Assembly: GCA_964016885.1 (NCBI GenBank) | Contig: OZ024741.1 | Span: 356,190,001 to 356,254,000 of the forward strand | Source: Eledone cirrhosa | Taxonomy: Eukaryota | Direction of reading: 5' to 3' | DNA length: 64,000 bases | Shown here: positions 47,101 through 62,594 of the stretch, piece after piece | Position numbering within the stretch: the stretch's first letter is position 1 | How the letters are laid out: the number at the start of each line of letters is the position of its first letter | Made by a program: the position numbers and the translations under genes | Notes under the pieces: generated by a model | The model's input: only the letters and a program-made list of their open reading frames with translations | Databases searched by the model: none | Told to the model about the DNA's origin: nothing

Positions 47101-50100
47101 CCTATCCAAGATGGCTTTACTAACAACCCCCAGATCAGATTTAGAGGGGGCGATTAATCTAACAGGTAGTTCAGTGCGAAAATTGCTTTTGTGATCCTTG
47201 AGATTTATCCTCGGAGTTCTTGGGAGGAATGGTTCGGTCTTTTTTTCAATGCCAAGTTTTGACATAATCTCATAGGCTTCAAGGTTTATGCATTCTAAAT
47301 TTTCATGGTTGGTTTTACGATACTTTTTCCTAAGTTCCTTTAGGATAAGGTTGTTATAATTATCCTTGGAAATACCATATAGGTTATTGGTTTTGTCAGA
47401 GTGGACTAAAACATTTTTTGAGGAATTTAGGTTAGAGATTGTGTTCTTGAGATTTACAAGGTGCTCTTGTCCTTTGTAAGGGTATCTCTTGAATTTAAGA
47501 TTTTTTATTATTTTAGTTAATTTTTCCTCGAATTGTGCTAGATTTTTGTTGGAAGGAGGATTTCGTCTAGAATTAAAAAGATGATCGAGGAAGTTGTGTT
47601 CTTTGGTATGAAAGTTCCCTTTTAGGCGCTGGTCATAGAAATAGGCTGTCCATCTAAGTCTTCTTACGAAGGAGTCAGTTTTTTCAATAAGAAGTTTGGT
47701 GAATTCGGATTTACCAGGTATAGGAATGTCTTTAGTTGAATTGGTTATGTTGTAATAATCCATGTTGTAGAAGAAGAGGTGAAGGACCATCAAAAGGTAT
47801 CCAATATGAGAGTAAGCGCTCAACCGTTAAGGAGCAAGTTAATGTAGGAGGTGAGTTTTATTGTAGTACAATAAAGCAATGCAGATATCGGATAAGAAGC
47901 ACTCTACAGTTTGTGGGACTGGAGTATGCATAATATAAGATCAAAAGATGGTTAAAGGAGTTCCATATATTTTATTATGCGCATTTCAAAAACAAACATC
48001 ATCAAGCAATAATATTTGTGTTTTCATCAGATAAAACAGGAGAACGTGATATGAAGGCTAAAAAAAAAAACACTTGTTGATAGTGCAGTTTTAAATCAAC
48101 ATATGAAAAGTGGTTTTAGATTGATGTGTGATATTGGGAAAAATATTTTATTTAGAGAGGGGGGGGGAGAAGGATGAAAAGGGAAGGAGATGAGAGGGAG
48201 AGATGGGTGATAGAGAGAAAGAGATAGTTTTTATAACTGAGAGGAGATATATTTTTTACATAGAGGGGTTGAAAACCGTTGGAAGATACTGTATAAATTA
48301 AAAATTTTGAAAATTAACGAAGGGAGGATATGTGCGAGGAAAAAATATTTTATTTAGGGAGGGTGGGGTGGAAAGGATGAAAAAAAGGGGGAGGAGATGA
48401 GAGTGAAGGTGGAGAGGGAGAGATGGGTGATAGAGAGAAAGAGATAGTTTTTATAACTGAGAAAAAGATATATTGTTTTAATATAGAGAGGTTGGGAACC
48501 GTTGGAAGATAATGTATAAATTAAAGGGATTTGAAAATTAACGAAGGGAAATTATGTATGAAGATAGAGAGAAAAAAATAATAATTGTGGGTGAATATTC
48601 TAACGTCAAAAGAAGAAATGTATGTATTGTGGCAATTTCAAAATTAGCGAAGAGAAAAATTGTTAAGGTAGACGGATTTGAGAAGTGTAGAAGGATTTGA
48701 GAAAAATAATGTGAAGTTAAAGTTTGTATATTGAATTGATATGTATTAATAATGAGTTCGTTGATGGGGAGAAAAAAATAATAATAAATTAAGGATGAAA
48801 TTGAGATTAAAAAGATTTATGATAGAGAGAAAAAATAATAATGATTGCGGATGAATATTCAAAATGTCAAAAACAAATGTTATTATTTTACGAGAAGATA
48901 GAATGAGGGTAATGAGTAAACAAGTATTATAGAGTGTATAATGCCCTTTAAAGTAAGGTAGATGGGTATATTTTAAAGAGGTGTATGTATATGTGCCTTT
49001 GAGAAAAGATTCTAAATTGATAAAGAATTGAATATTAACTGTATACTTTGTGAAAAGTTCTATGAAATTTATGCAGGCAGATAGAAAACAAATCTGAGCG
49101 TCTATTTATTATAGATTCTAGGTTAGAGATAATGGTAAATTTTTCATTTAGGCAGAGATTACAGATTTTAGATAGAGAGCTGTTCAAGTATGAGGATGCA
49201 GAAGAAATCTTTTTCCAAAAGATGTTATATTTAATGTTTTTGTCTTTTAAGGACCATATGAGTTCTGAGAGAGCAGTGTTAGTTCTTTTAAGTTTGTATT
49301 TGAAAGATGAATGATGATTATAGAGACGAGCTTTAAAAGAGGTGGAAGTGGAGCCAAAATAGGTGAAGGAATTGGTGCTAGTTATAATTTTACATTCATA
49401 AATTAAGTTTTTATCGAGGCAATGGTTGTTGAGAGGACATTTATTTTTAATGCGGCAGTTGCAATTAGAGAGATTATTAATTATTTTTTTCTCCCCATCA
49501 ACGAACTCATTATTAATACATATCAATTCAATATACAAACATTAACTTCACATTATTTTTCTCAAATCCTTCTACACTTCTCAAATCCTTCTACCTTAAC
49601 AATTTTTCTCTTCGCTAATTTTGAAATTGCCACAATACATACATTTCTTCTTTTGACGTTAGAATATTCACCCACAATTATTATTTTTTTCTCTCTATCT
49701 TCATACATAATTTCCCTTCGTTAATTTTCAAATCCCTTTAATTTATACATTATCTTCCAACGGTTCCCAACCTCTCTATATTAAAACAATATATCTTTTT
49801 CTCAGTTATAAAAACTATCTCTTTCTCTCTATCACCCATCTCTCCCTCTCCACCTTCACTCTCATCTCCTCCCCCTTTTTTTCATCCTTTCCACCCCACC
49901 CTCCCTAAATAAAATATTTTTTCCTCGCACATATCCTCCCTTCGTTAATTTTCAAAATTTTTAATTTATACAGTATCTTCCAACGGTTTTCAACCCCTCT
50001 ATGTAAAAAATATATCTCCTCTCAGTTATAAAAACTATCTCTTTCTCTCTATCACCCATCTCTCCCTCTCATCTCCTTCCCTTTTCATCCTTCTCCCCCC

Positions 50101-50336
50101 CTCTCTAAATAAAATATTTTTCCCAATATCACACATCAATCTAAAACCACTTTTCATATGTTGATTTAAAACTGCACTATCAACAAGTGTTTTTTTTTTT
50201 TTTTTTTTTTTTTTAGCCTTCATATCATGTTCTCCTGTTTTATCTGATGAAAACACAAATATTATTGCTTGATGATGTTTGTTTTTGAAATGCGCATAAT
50301 AAAATATATGGAACTCCTTTAACCATCTTTTGATCT

Positions 50337-50343
<7 letters not shown>
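44171..50343 (-). mobile_element. Penelope-like element (Naiad-like) with partial-tandem and inverted pseudo-LTRs
   Basis: 44171-45805 is repeated at 47842-49480; 49480-50343 is an inverted copy of 47933-48785; both ends lie in (TA)n. Confidence 0.92.
45361..47763 (-). CDS. PLE reverse transcriptase + C-terminal GIY-YIG endonuclease
   Basis: STKDIPIP, FDIASYYSSI, FDITMGASDS, YRDDG, NFLDVSLNL, CNCRxxxxCPLxxxCL, LIYECKI...YFGST, CNLCLNEK; ~800 aa from ATG 47763, uninterrupted. Confidence 0.92.
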   Translation of the reverse strand: MDYYNITNSTKDIPIPGKSEFTKLLIEKTDSFVRRLRWTAYFYDQRLKGNFHTKEHNFLDHLFNSRRNPPSNKNLAQFEEKLTKIIKNLKFKRYPYKGQEHLVNLKNTISNLNSSKNVLVHSDKTNNLYGISKDNYNNLILKELRKKYRKTNHENLECINLEAYEIMSKLGIEKKTEPFLPRTPRINLKDHKSNFRTELPVRLIAPSKSDLGVVSKAILDRIIPQVSSNCSSLNLNLWFGTSEVIGWFNKLDNKNKLKFIQFDIASYYSSISPSLLNNALSFALKYSDITTDELHIILTARKTILEFNNEYWTRADTSNNFDITMGASDSSQLTDLIGIFILNSLSRKIPQLRGGIYRDDGLFTILNCNIVKLNIIKNNIRNLFNQHNLKIEFDNSIKLANFLDVSLNLDTGLYYPYHKNNENLNYVNFKFNHPTNIKNAIVNNIGNRISNISSNKNIFDANANYYNNALSKAGYPDKIKYNKETNSRKTYSRIINLDHSNNFNKRPRYKNIIWYNAPFSISINNNIPKLFFSALNKCFPPSHIYSKIFNKHTIKFSYSTSSNISNIISKHNNKILNTKSLPSNIEFHNNSNSTPDVIVNPRLTSVNPNTTSNTTSLNVHNPTLNQETIIPIIPIANNFSNPIPSIDNTRSLINNLSNCNCRIKNKCPLNNHCLDKNLIYECKIITSTNSFTYFGSTSTSFKARLYNHHSSFKYKLKRTNTALSELIWSLTDKNIKYNIFWKKISSASSYLNSSLSKICNLCLNEKFTIISNLESIINRRSDLFSICLHKFHRTFHKVYS

Positions 50344-50367
<24 letters not shown>

Positions 50368-50420
50368 CATTTATATATATATATATATATATACATTTAT
50401 ATATATATATATATATATAC

Positions 50421-50471
<51 letters not shown>

Positions 50472-50536
50472 CATTTATATATATATATATATATACATTT
50501 ATATATATATATATATATACATTTATATATATATAC

Positions 50537-50576
<40 letters not shown>

Positions 50577-50857
50577 TTATATATATATATATATATACAT
50601 TTATATATATATATATATATATACATTTATATATATATATATATATATATACATTTATATATATATATATATACATTTATATATATATATATATATATAT
50701 ACATTTATATATATATATATATATACATTTATATATATATATATATATACATTTATATATATATATATATATACATTTATATATATATATATACATTTAT
50801 ATATATATATATATATATACATTTATATATATATATATATATATACATTTATATATA

Positions 50858-53853
50858 TAACTTTGAATAACTTTGAAATGTTTTGGCCAGTATTGGCCCA
50901 GGCCATGTCTAACTTAATAGCACCACCTGGCGAAGTCTTTCAATTCAGGATTTGGGCACCATGGCCCATTCGAGAAGAGAATTACTGTTTGCGGAGACAT
51001 ATCCGGGTGTGGGTGGTTTGTCCGGGATTACTTGGAGGAATTTGTCCAAAGACTTCTTGAATTTTGAGTGGTCAGTTTCTGTTTTGACGTGTTCTGGTGT
51101 GATGTTGAAGAGAGCAGGGCCGATTGAGGTGAAATAATTGTGCCGTATTGTTGTTATGAGTTGCGATTTAGATTTTTTAATGGGACGGATAGCACGGGGC
51201 CCAAGCCTTGGGTGTATCTTGAAGGCGATGCCAACATCATTTGGGCAGTGATGATGGAACATTTTCCACATCATGCAGATAATATAACGCTCACGGCGAC
51301 GTTGGAGTGAGTAAAGTTTCAGGTTTTCCAATCGACCCCAGTAGTCAAGGTCTGACATGCCATCTATCTTTTTCGTGATTGCCCTTTGAGGAGCTTCAAG
51401 TTTCATGATACTTGGTTTCGTGTGGGGAGACCACAGTGGACAACAGTATTCAAGGTGTGGTCGGGCGAAAGTAGAGAAGAGAAGGATAATGGTGCGGGAA
51501 TCTCTCGACTGGAAGGTTCTGAGGATCCAGGAACACATTCTGCGGGCCATGTCAACTTTGCTGCTTATATGCGTGGTCCAGCTTATGTTGCTGTCCACGG
51601 TTACTCCCAAGTCTCTGATGTTGTTAGATGCCACGAGAGTTTCCCCGGAGGGAAGGGAGTACGGGAGTTTCAGAGCATCCTCTTTTCCAAAGTGGATCAG
51701 TTCGAATTTGTCCTCGTTCAGTAACATGTTGTTCTTTTCTGCCCATTGGGTAACAGCCAGTAGGTCTGACTGAAGGCTTATCCGGTCATCCACGCCATTG
51801 ATGACCTTTTGGAGCTTGGAATCATCAGCGAAAATTTTAATGTTGCTGTGTTTGATGATGTCAGTGATGTCATTAATATAGATGATGAAGAGAAGTGGGC
51901 CCAACACAGTGCCTTGTGGGACTCCACTACTGACTTTGGCTGGGCTTGATTTGACTCCCTCAACTACAACATGTTGGGTTCTGTTTGACAGGAAGCTCTT
52001 GATCCACTGCAGCAGCTTTCCAGTGACACCAATATTGGACAGCTTCTCAGTAGAATGTTATGATCAACCCTGTCAAAGGCCTTGCTGAAATCAAGGTAGA
52101 TAACATCAGTGTTGGAACCCTCTCCCAAGGCTCTCAAAATGTCATCAAACTGATGCAGTAGTTGCGTCAGGCAATCCCTTCCATTACGGAATCCATGCTG
52201 GTTGGAGTTCAGCATATTGTTACTCTCAAGGAAGTGGGTCATTCGCGATCTCACCACTCGCTCAAATACCTTAATGATATGAGAGGTGAGTGAGATTGGA
52301 CGGTAATTCACGGCAAGGATTTGTTTCCCTTTTGAAAACTGGGACAACAGACTGGATAGAAGGTTTTCTGGCACATATCCAGTATCCAGTGAGTTCCGCC
52401 ACAGATTGGCAAGAGGAGAAGCAAGTTGGTGTTGACACGCCTTCAGGACACAAGCAGGGAACCTATCGGGACCTACTGCTGAATTATGCTTGATTTCCTT
52501 TATTGCCGCCAAGACATCAGGGGCGCCAAACGTTATGTCCGATAAGGTGTAATGGGGAGTAACATCGCCGATACAGCCCAGATCGGCCATATCAGGATTG
52601 CTGAAAACAGAGCAGTATTGTTTCTGCAGTATCTCACCCATGGTTTTAGCATTGTCTTGAAGAGTGCCATTTTCATCAATTAGAGGGCCAACAGTAGAGC
52701 CAGTGATTTTGTGTTTTTTTTGCAAATGAAAAGAACACTTTGGGATTGAGTTTGATCTTCTCAATGGCCCAGGCCTCTTCAGCTCTTCTCTGATTGTTGA
52801 TGAGGGACATTATGTTGTTTTGGAGGTTATGTTTTTTAATCTCTAGTGATGAAATGGCAGTCAAGTTGATGTGTTGCTGCTGACAGTATTTCAGCTTGTT
52901 GATTTTTTTGTTCGTTCTCTTAATTTTTCTGATGAGCGTTTTTCTATTTCTAGGGATTCTGCTCTTAGATTTGTTTATAGTTCTTAATGGGGTGTGTTTA
53001 GCACATATGTTTGTAACAGTGTCCACAAATGTCTGCCAGGACTTTTTGATGTTAGTGGTGTATGAGTGTGCGTGAAGGACCAGTCGACATGTGCAAGATC
53101 ATGACTGATCGCTTCCCAGTTTGCATTGTGGAAATCCATAGCGTCAAACGGATGGACAGGAGAGATGACATTGGGTTTGTATATTGGACGGTGGAATCTC
53201 AGATCACAGAGAACCATGTCATGATCAGAGAGTAGAGTTTTCTCCACTGCAATATTGTGGATATTGTCAGTGTGATTGCTGAAAATTAAGTCTAGGACGT
53301 TTTTGTGGCACCTCGTTGGTTCGAGCACTAGTTGGGATAGGAAGAAATCATCCATGAAGTCAAGAAGTGATTCCACAGCTTCCCTGTCAGAGGTTGAGGC
53401 AGAAGAACCTGGTGGCAGGGTGTTTGTGGACCAGTCAACTCCGGGGAGGTTGAAGTCCCCCATCATTAAGATGTTGTCAGGGTGACACTCTTGGATGAAA
53501 CACTTTATGCTGTTGAGGCATTCCTTGAAGCATGGTACAGGCGTTTGGGGTGGCCTATAGAGCCCAACTACTAATAGGTTGTTGGTTTGACTGAATACAG
53601 TGACTGCCTCACAGTATCCATTAGTGAATATGTTCATAGCCTCTGTTGAGAAAGAATTATGGACATAAATGGCAGTTCCGCCCTTTCTTCTGCCAGCGCG
53701 ATCAGCACGGATGGCTTTGAAATTTTTCACTTTCACCTCGGCTTCCAAGTGGAGGTTACTGAGATGGGTTTCAGTGAGGACGAAGAAAGGGATGTGGTTT
53801 GGATGGACATCAATCCAGTCCTCCAGGAATTTGATCTTCCATTTTTGAGTATT
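50858..53853 (-). mobile_element. CR1-group LINE family B, frameshifted, lacks 5' end
   Basis: APE (LTETHL, YRPP, GDFNLP, SDH) and RT (LDFSKAFDRVDH, FADD, YSLQRRRERY) split across ORFs; 3' tail (TTCAAAGTTA)x2 against (TA)n; distinct from family A. Confidence 0.9.
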
Positions 53854-55583
<1,730 letters not shown>

Positions 55584-55739
55584 TTGTTATACTTTGGGAG
55601 GGTCATGTTGCCAATAAGAAACACACGCACCAGTTGCTTTCACTTCAATTTAATTTAATATATATTTATAAATTTACAAATTTATAAATTTCTGGTTGGT
55701 TGGTTGGTTCCACAACCAGATAGTTGTTTATATATATAT

Positions 55740-55784
55740 AGTCATAGTTCTTTCGTCACACACTCTGTGACCTCTTCAGTGACT
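55740..55784 (-). ncRNA. Type I hammerhead ribozyme in a Penelope pLTR fragment (55685-55910)
   Basis: AGTCA-CTGAAGA-g-GTCACA gagtg TGTGAC-GAAAG aa CTA-TGACT: 5-bp stem I, 6-bp stem II, short stem III, CUA cleavage triplet. Confidence 0.7.
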
Positions 55785-55910
55785 GGGGATTTCTTTCTTC
55801 GTTTCTGTGCCTTTCCTTTCTTCTATCCTACGCCATTTTGTTTGTGTGTGGGTTGCGTGCTCAGTTTGCGCATGCGCCACATCCGGGTGTCTGTGTGTGT
55901 TTGTGTTCAT

Positions 55911-56110
55911 NNNNNNNNNNNNNNNNNNNNNNNNNNNNNNNNNNNNNNNNNNNNNNNNNNNNNNNNNNNNNNNNNNNNNNNNNNNNNNNNNNNNNNNNNN
56001 NNNNNNNNNNNNNNNNNNNNNNNNNNNNNNNNNNNNNNNNNNNNNNNNNNNNNNNNNNNNNNNNNNNNNNNNNNNNNNNNNNNNNNNNNNNNNNNNNNNN
56101 NNNNNNNNNN
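55911..56110. other. Assembly gap (200 N)
   Basis: Run of N. Confidence 1.
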
Positions 56111-56567
56111 ATGTAAAATGACTTGACCTCCGTGTATTTGTTGCAATGGTATAGATATTTTTTCAACACAATTTTTTCAACACAATTTAGTTCTATATGA
56201 TTTTTTTCTTACCCTGTGTAAAACTTTATACTATTTGTTAACCTTGAATTATATATATGATGTAATTTTGTATATCTTTTGATGCCAATATATTATAATA
56301 TTGTTATTATAATGTTATTATAATGTTTTTATATTGTTTATGCACACTGACAGGGAATTATATATTATATTTTATTTTTATTTTTATCTTTATTCTTATT
56401 TTTATCTTTATTATATTATACTGTAAACAATATATATATATATATATTTAAATACTTAATAAGTGTTAGTTTGTGTTTGTACTAATGTATATATGTATAG
56501 ATATATATATATATACATATATGATAAAGAACACAAGAGCGTCTACAACATCAAAAGATTTTTATTG

Positions 56568-56612
56568 GCTTACAATGTTTCTTCCTTACGTAACCGTAGG
56601 ATTCGTCAGAGC
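56568..56612 (-). ncRNA. Minimal hammerhead ribozyme motif
   Basis: GCT-CTGACGA-atcctacg gtta cgtaagga-aGAAAC att GTA-AGC followed by CAATAAA. Confidence 0.65.
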
Positions 56613-57744
56613 TATAAAAGGGGTTTGATTGGTGTTATGGACTCTACCAACCAAACATTCAAGAACAAAGGGTAAAGAGAGTAAAGAGCAAAAGTAGGGG
56701 ACGATAAGTCTAATTTTGGTGCGGGAGGATGGGGTGTGGGTCCTTGTTTACTAGCTGCGGTCATATTCATTCCCGGGAGTCGAGTGCTTAGCTGAACCAT
56801 AGATGGGGTGGCGTCGATAGTATGGTGCAGAGGGTGTGCAGAGGCTACACAAACACAAAGGGCATACAATATATATATAACGGAGGAGAAAGTACATGAG
56901 GTAATTAGAAATGGAAAATGAGTAATAATAATAATCTATAATTAATAATGTATAATAAGGCATGGGGAAGATTACACTATAATAAGGTGTAAAAGTAAGA
57001 ATAAGGTAAAATATAAAGGAGGATAAAAGTGGAAATAATAAAGATAAAAAAATATATATGTAAAAAAATATATAGAGAATATATAAAGAAATATAAGCGA
57101 ATATTTGGAGGGGAAAACAATGTAAAAAAAACCGATTTTTTCAAATAAAAATAAAAATATTATAATTATGGGGGGAGAAAACGGGATAGAGAAATATGAT
57201 CAAATGTGATTATTTGAGAGAATATAAGATGATAATAGTTATGTCAAGTTTATACATCTTAATAATAAATAATCTGTGTATCAGAGTTACAGAACCTTCA
57301 ATTCACTTACAGGTTCAAGCCACGTGGCATAGTCCATTGTTTATCTGTGCGGTCATGCGCGTTTGTTTTTGACACCACAGCAGATGCACAAGTTCGTAAA
57401 TTCCAATGCAGATAGAAATCTATTTTTGCTCACCCGGACATTGACGGAGGATCCAATATTCCTAGTTCAATATGTGTGTGGTGTTATTTCGATCGCACAA
57501 ATCAATCACTTGGTTCAATATTATGGAGTATGGTTTTCTGGTCTTCGTAACAGTGTCAGTGGTTGTATATCTCGAAATCACAAGGATCACAGTACTCCGG
57601 TTTGGTGTGATTATCGGTCATCCAGCTATGTTGTTGGTGGTTGGATTCAATTCTATTAGCCCGAACGTTGAACATATATTAAGCTTTTTATTATCACCAT
57701 TATTATATTATATTATATTCTATATCGTACTGTAATTCTTGCAT

Positions 57745-57932
57745 GGTGGATTGGCAGTATCGGTAGAGGATCGGACGTCATGCTTTCCAGCATAGTTACG
57801 TCCCTTTACGATCTGAGTTCAAATCCCGCCGAGGTTGACTTTGCCTTTCATCCTTACGGGGTCGATAAAATAAAGTACCAGTAATGCACTGGGTAATTAC
57901 TGGCCTTGTGCCTAAAGTAGAAACAATTATAT
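57745..57932 (+). mobile_element. SINE with GCCTTTCATCCTT.CGGGGTCGATAAA...GTACCAG central domain
   Basis: B-box GAGTTCAAATCCC, conserved central domain, (ATT)n tail. Confidence 0.8.
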
Positions 57933-58158
57933 TACCTTTTGTGTTTCAAGTTTTTGCATTATACAATATTTACAATGTGGGTTCAACATGTTAATCACTT
58001 CCTTGCTATTTGGTCTATATCTATGTTTGTAACTGCTCACTCTTAATCTTAGCCAACTTTTCCTTGATATCTTTCCTAGGCTTTAATAGATGTATACTCC
58101 ATATTCTTCTGAGTTTTTGGCTTGTATTGGCAGATAGTGCTTCTTGTAGCTTTACCTT

Positions 58159-58194
58159 CCCTGATGAGTCCTTAATAGGACGAAACATTGTTGG
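58159..58194 (+). ncRNA. Minimal hammerhead ribozyme motif
   Basis: CC-CTGATGA-GTCCT taat AGGAC-GAAAC att GTT-GG, then AATAAA at 58197; canonical core and perfect stem II. Confidence 0.75.
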
Positions 58195-58358
58195 CTAATA
58201 AAAACTTTTGATGTATTGAAGGCTTCTTTGGTTTATTTTTTATAATTCTTCGGCTCTGTTTAATTACATTGAGCTATATCTTATACTGTCATTTCTATAA
58301 TATGAAGAGGGTGTTTAACTCAACCACACTCTAGTATTTTAATTCTTATATATATGTG

Positions 58359-58409
<51 letters not shown>

Positions 58410-58424
58410 GTATATATATATATG

Positions 58425-58471
<47 letters not shown>

Positions 58472-58500
58472 GTATATATATATGTATATATATATATATG

Positions 58501-58817
<317 letters not shown>

Positions 58818-58852
58818 ATTGGCTGTATTATTTCAAATGAGACATATCTAAT

Positions 58853-58950
<98 letters not shown>

Positions 58951-58958
58951 CTAATATA

Positions 58959-59073
<115 letters not shown>

Positions 59074-59081
59074 CTAATATA

Positions 59082-59140
<59 letters not shown>

Positions 59141-59158
59141 CTAATATATCTCTATATA

Positions 59159-59225
<67 letters not shown>

Positions 59226-59415
59226 GTATATGTATATATATATATGTATATATATATAGATACATATCTATATATTTATATATGTATATATCTATATATC
59301 TATCTATATATGTATATCTATATATGTATATATATATATATGTATCTATATATGTATATCTATATATGTATATCTATATGTATCTATATATGTATATATA
59401 TATGTATATATATAT

Positions 59416-60398
59416 TTTTACTCTTTTACTCTTTTACCTGTTTCAGCCATCCGGCTGAGGCCATGCTGGGGCACCGCCCTTGTTGCTACACATTTTATCT
59501 CCAGCCTGTATAGGTTGGCCACTGGTGTAAGAGGGAGTTTGTTGCTGCTGCCCTTAGGTTTCCCTCGTATCTTGCTGTGGGCTCATCCGGGATCCTGGAT
59601 AACAAGGTGTCGAAATGTTTCTTGAAGACATCCACCTCCACGTCATGCAAATCTCTCAGATCCCTCGGCAGCCTGTTGAAGAGTTGAGGGCCCTTGAATC
59701 CTAGGCTATTGCAATACCTGCTCCTTATTCTAGATGTGGAAGACGGGACCTTTGGCACTACACAGTGACGTCCTGTTCGACGGTTGGTCCAGCTCCCAAT
59801 GCCAAAGTTTGGTGCTAGTCCCTCCAGCATTTTCCACATGTAGATCACTGCGTATCTCTCCCGTCTTCGCTCCAAGGAGTAGAGGTTCAGTTCCTTTAGC
59901 CTCTCCCAGTAGCTTGTCTCCCTCATCTTGGCAATCCTCTTGGTGTAGCTTCGCTGGATTGCCTCAAGTTCCGTGGTTAGTTTGACACTATGGGGTGACC
60001 ACAACTCGGAGCAGTAGTCCAGGCGGCTTAGGACAAATGTCCTCCATAGTGTCAAGATGGTGTCTCGATCTCTTGTCCGGAAAGTCCTCAAGATCCAGCC
60101 AGCGAGTCGTCTGCACATTGTCGCCACTTTCATGATGTGTGAAGAAAAAGATGCATCATCGCTCATGTCTATTCCCAGGTCTCGTCCTGTGTAGTTGTGT
60201 TCCACTATATTTGTGTTTGCAGGTTTGTTTGGAGGTTTGTATTGTAGGGCTTGGAATTTGCCAGCATTAAACTGCATGTTGTTTTCTTCCGCCCATTTGT
60301 ATATGGCATCCAGATCCTGCTGTAAAAGGGCAGCGTCAGCCGGGTTTTTCATTGCCTGTGCTACCTTAGTGTCATCAGCATAGCTCGTGAGGGATGTT

Positions 60399-60403
<5 letters not shown>
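59416..60403 (-). mobile_element. CR1-group LINE family A, short 3' copy
   Basis: Matches 38957-39976, with an internal deletion (NYTG|RDLG); tail (GTAAAAGA)n; both ends in (TA)n. Confidence 0.92.
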
Positions 60404-60460
<57 letters not shown>

Positions 60461-60502
60461 CATATATATGCATATGTATATATATATATGTATATATATA
60501 TA

Positions 60503-60551
<49 letters not shown>

Positions 60552-60554
60552 GTT

Positions 60555-60589
<35 letters not shown>

Positions 60590-60609
60590 GTTTATATATA
60601 TATATGTAT

Positions 60610-60749
<140 letters not shown>

Positions 60750-60906
60750 GTATATATATATGTATATATATGTATATATATATGTATATATATGTATATA
60801 TATATGTATATATATGTATATATATATGTATATATATGTATATATATATGTATATATATGTATATATATATATGTATATATATGTATATATATATGTATA
60901 TATATG

Positions 60907-60956
<50 letters not shown>

Positions 60957-60991
60957 GTTAAAAGAATAGAGGTGTAATACACAAGTTATTA

Positions 60992-61363
60992 TATATTGGT
61001 AAACGGAATAGAAAATGCTGACAAATTGTTCACAGTTGAAAAATGGTTTAATTAGGAATAAAAGAGTATTAGTGATTGTATGGGTTAGTATTCAGTTGTG
61101 GTTTTAAGTTTTTAAGTTTTTACCGGTTGCGCATTTCTAAATTCTTTTCAAAAATAATTTTGAGATAGAGTGTCCGTGCTGTTTGCTCTGATCTGATTAG
61201 TTTTGGGAATTCTACCTGTTTTTATGTTAAAAAAAGTGGCTCCAGCGTAATTTTTGTGTTGCAAAAATGCTTGTGGTCAAAACAATTTTGATTGGTCGGT
61301 AGAGGTCATGTGGATAAAAAATTGGTTTTGCCCCAAGATTGAGAAATGACTCTTTCACAACAA

Positions 61364-61432
<69 letters not shown>

Positions 61433-61528
61433 TGTGTGTGTAGTAGTAGTAGTAGTAAGGTGTTCGATGCTGCGACAATGGCCAGCAGTGATGTAAATGG
61501 CTATTAAGATGAGTGTGTGTGTGTGTGT

Positions 61529-61571
<43 letters not shown>

Positions 61572-61693
61572 GCAGAGTCATTCGAAGGTCAAAAGATATT
61601 TTTCAGCTTTTGTCTTATACGGAGAAGTGCGTGTGTGTGTGTGTGTGTATAAGTCTCTTTGTATGTTGATGTACGCGTGTGTATGTGTTTGTG

Positions 61694-61727
<34 letters not shown>

Positions 61728-62510
61728 GGGGTGGACCAGTATTTTTTTCCCCCTGGTAAAATGGTGTACATTATTCGATTTTTTCAGTAAAATCGGTTCT
61801 CTTAATAGAACATCAAAAATCTTAACAATAAAAGGTGTGAAATGATATTCACTATATATATATACACACATACATATATTCACCACATATATATATATAT
61901 ATATATACATATATACATACATATATATGCACATATATTTTTTTGTATTGCACCATAGAGCATGTGTGTTTACGTGTGTCATTGTGTTTATATGTGGGTA
62001 GAGATGTGTGCTGATGTAGGTATGTATGTTGACGTGTGTATGTTGTGGGTTCGTCTTAGGGAGAAGTGTTTAGACGGGGTCCGTATTTGTTAATGAAGTA
62101 AGATTCCTTGCTGATGCGCTGGGTGTGGGTGGCATTATCATTAAATTTGTAGATAAAAACAGTCTTGGCGCAAAATCAACTTTTTACATTCACATGACCT
62201 CTACCGACCAATCAAAATTGTTTTGACCGCAAGCATTTTTGCAACACAAAAATAACGCTGGAGCCACTTTTTTAACATAAAAACAGGTAGAATTCCCAAA
62301 ACTAATCAGATCAGAGCAAACAGCACGGACACTCTATCTCAAAATTATTTTTGAAAAGCATTTAGAAATGCGCAACCGGTAAAAACTTAAAAACATAAAA
62401 CCACAACTGAATACTAACCCATACAATCACTAATACTCTTTTATTCCTAATTAAACCATTTTTCAACTGTGAACAATTTGTCAGCATTTTCTATTCCGTT
62501 TACCAATATA
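60992..62510. mobile_element. Foldback structure with ~345-bp inverted arms
   Basis: 60992-61338 is the near-perfect reverse complement of 62163-62510; spacer is (TG)n-rich. Confidence 0.75.
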
Positions 62511-62524
62511 TATATCTATATATA

Positions 62525-62594
<70 letters not shown>

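Noticed and set aside
45361-47823. Selenoprotein-type Naiad ORF
   Set aside because: The ORF has no in-frame TGA and ends with TAA.
57300-57700. Possible host exon or transposase fragment
   Set aside because: No recognisable motifs or consistent splice sites in any frame.
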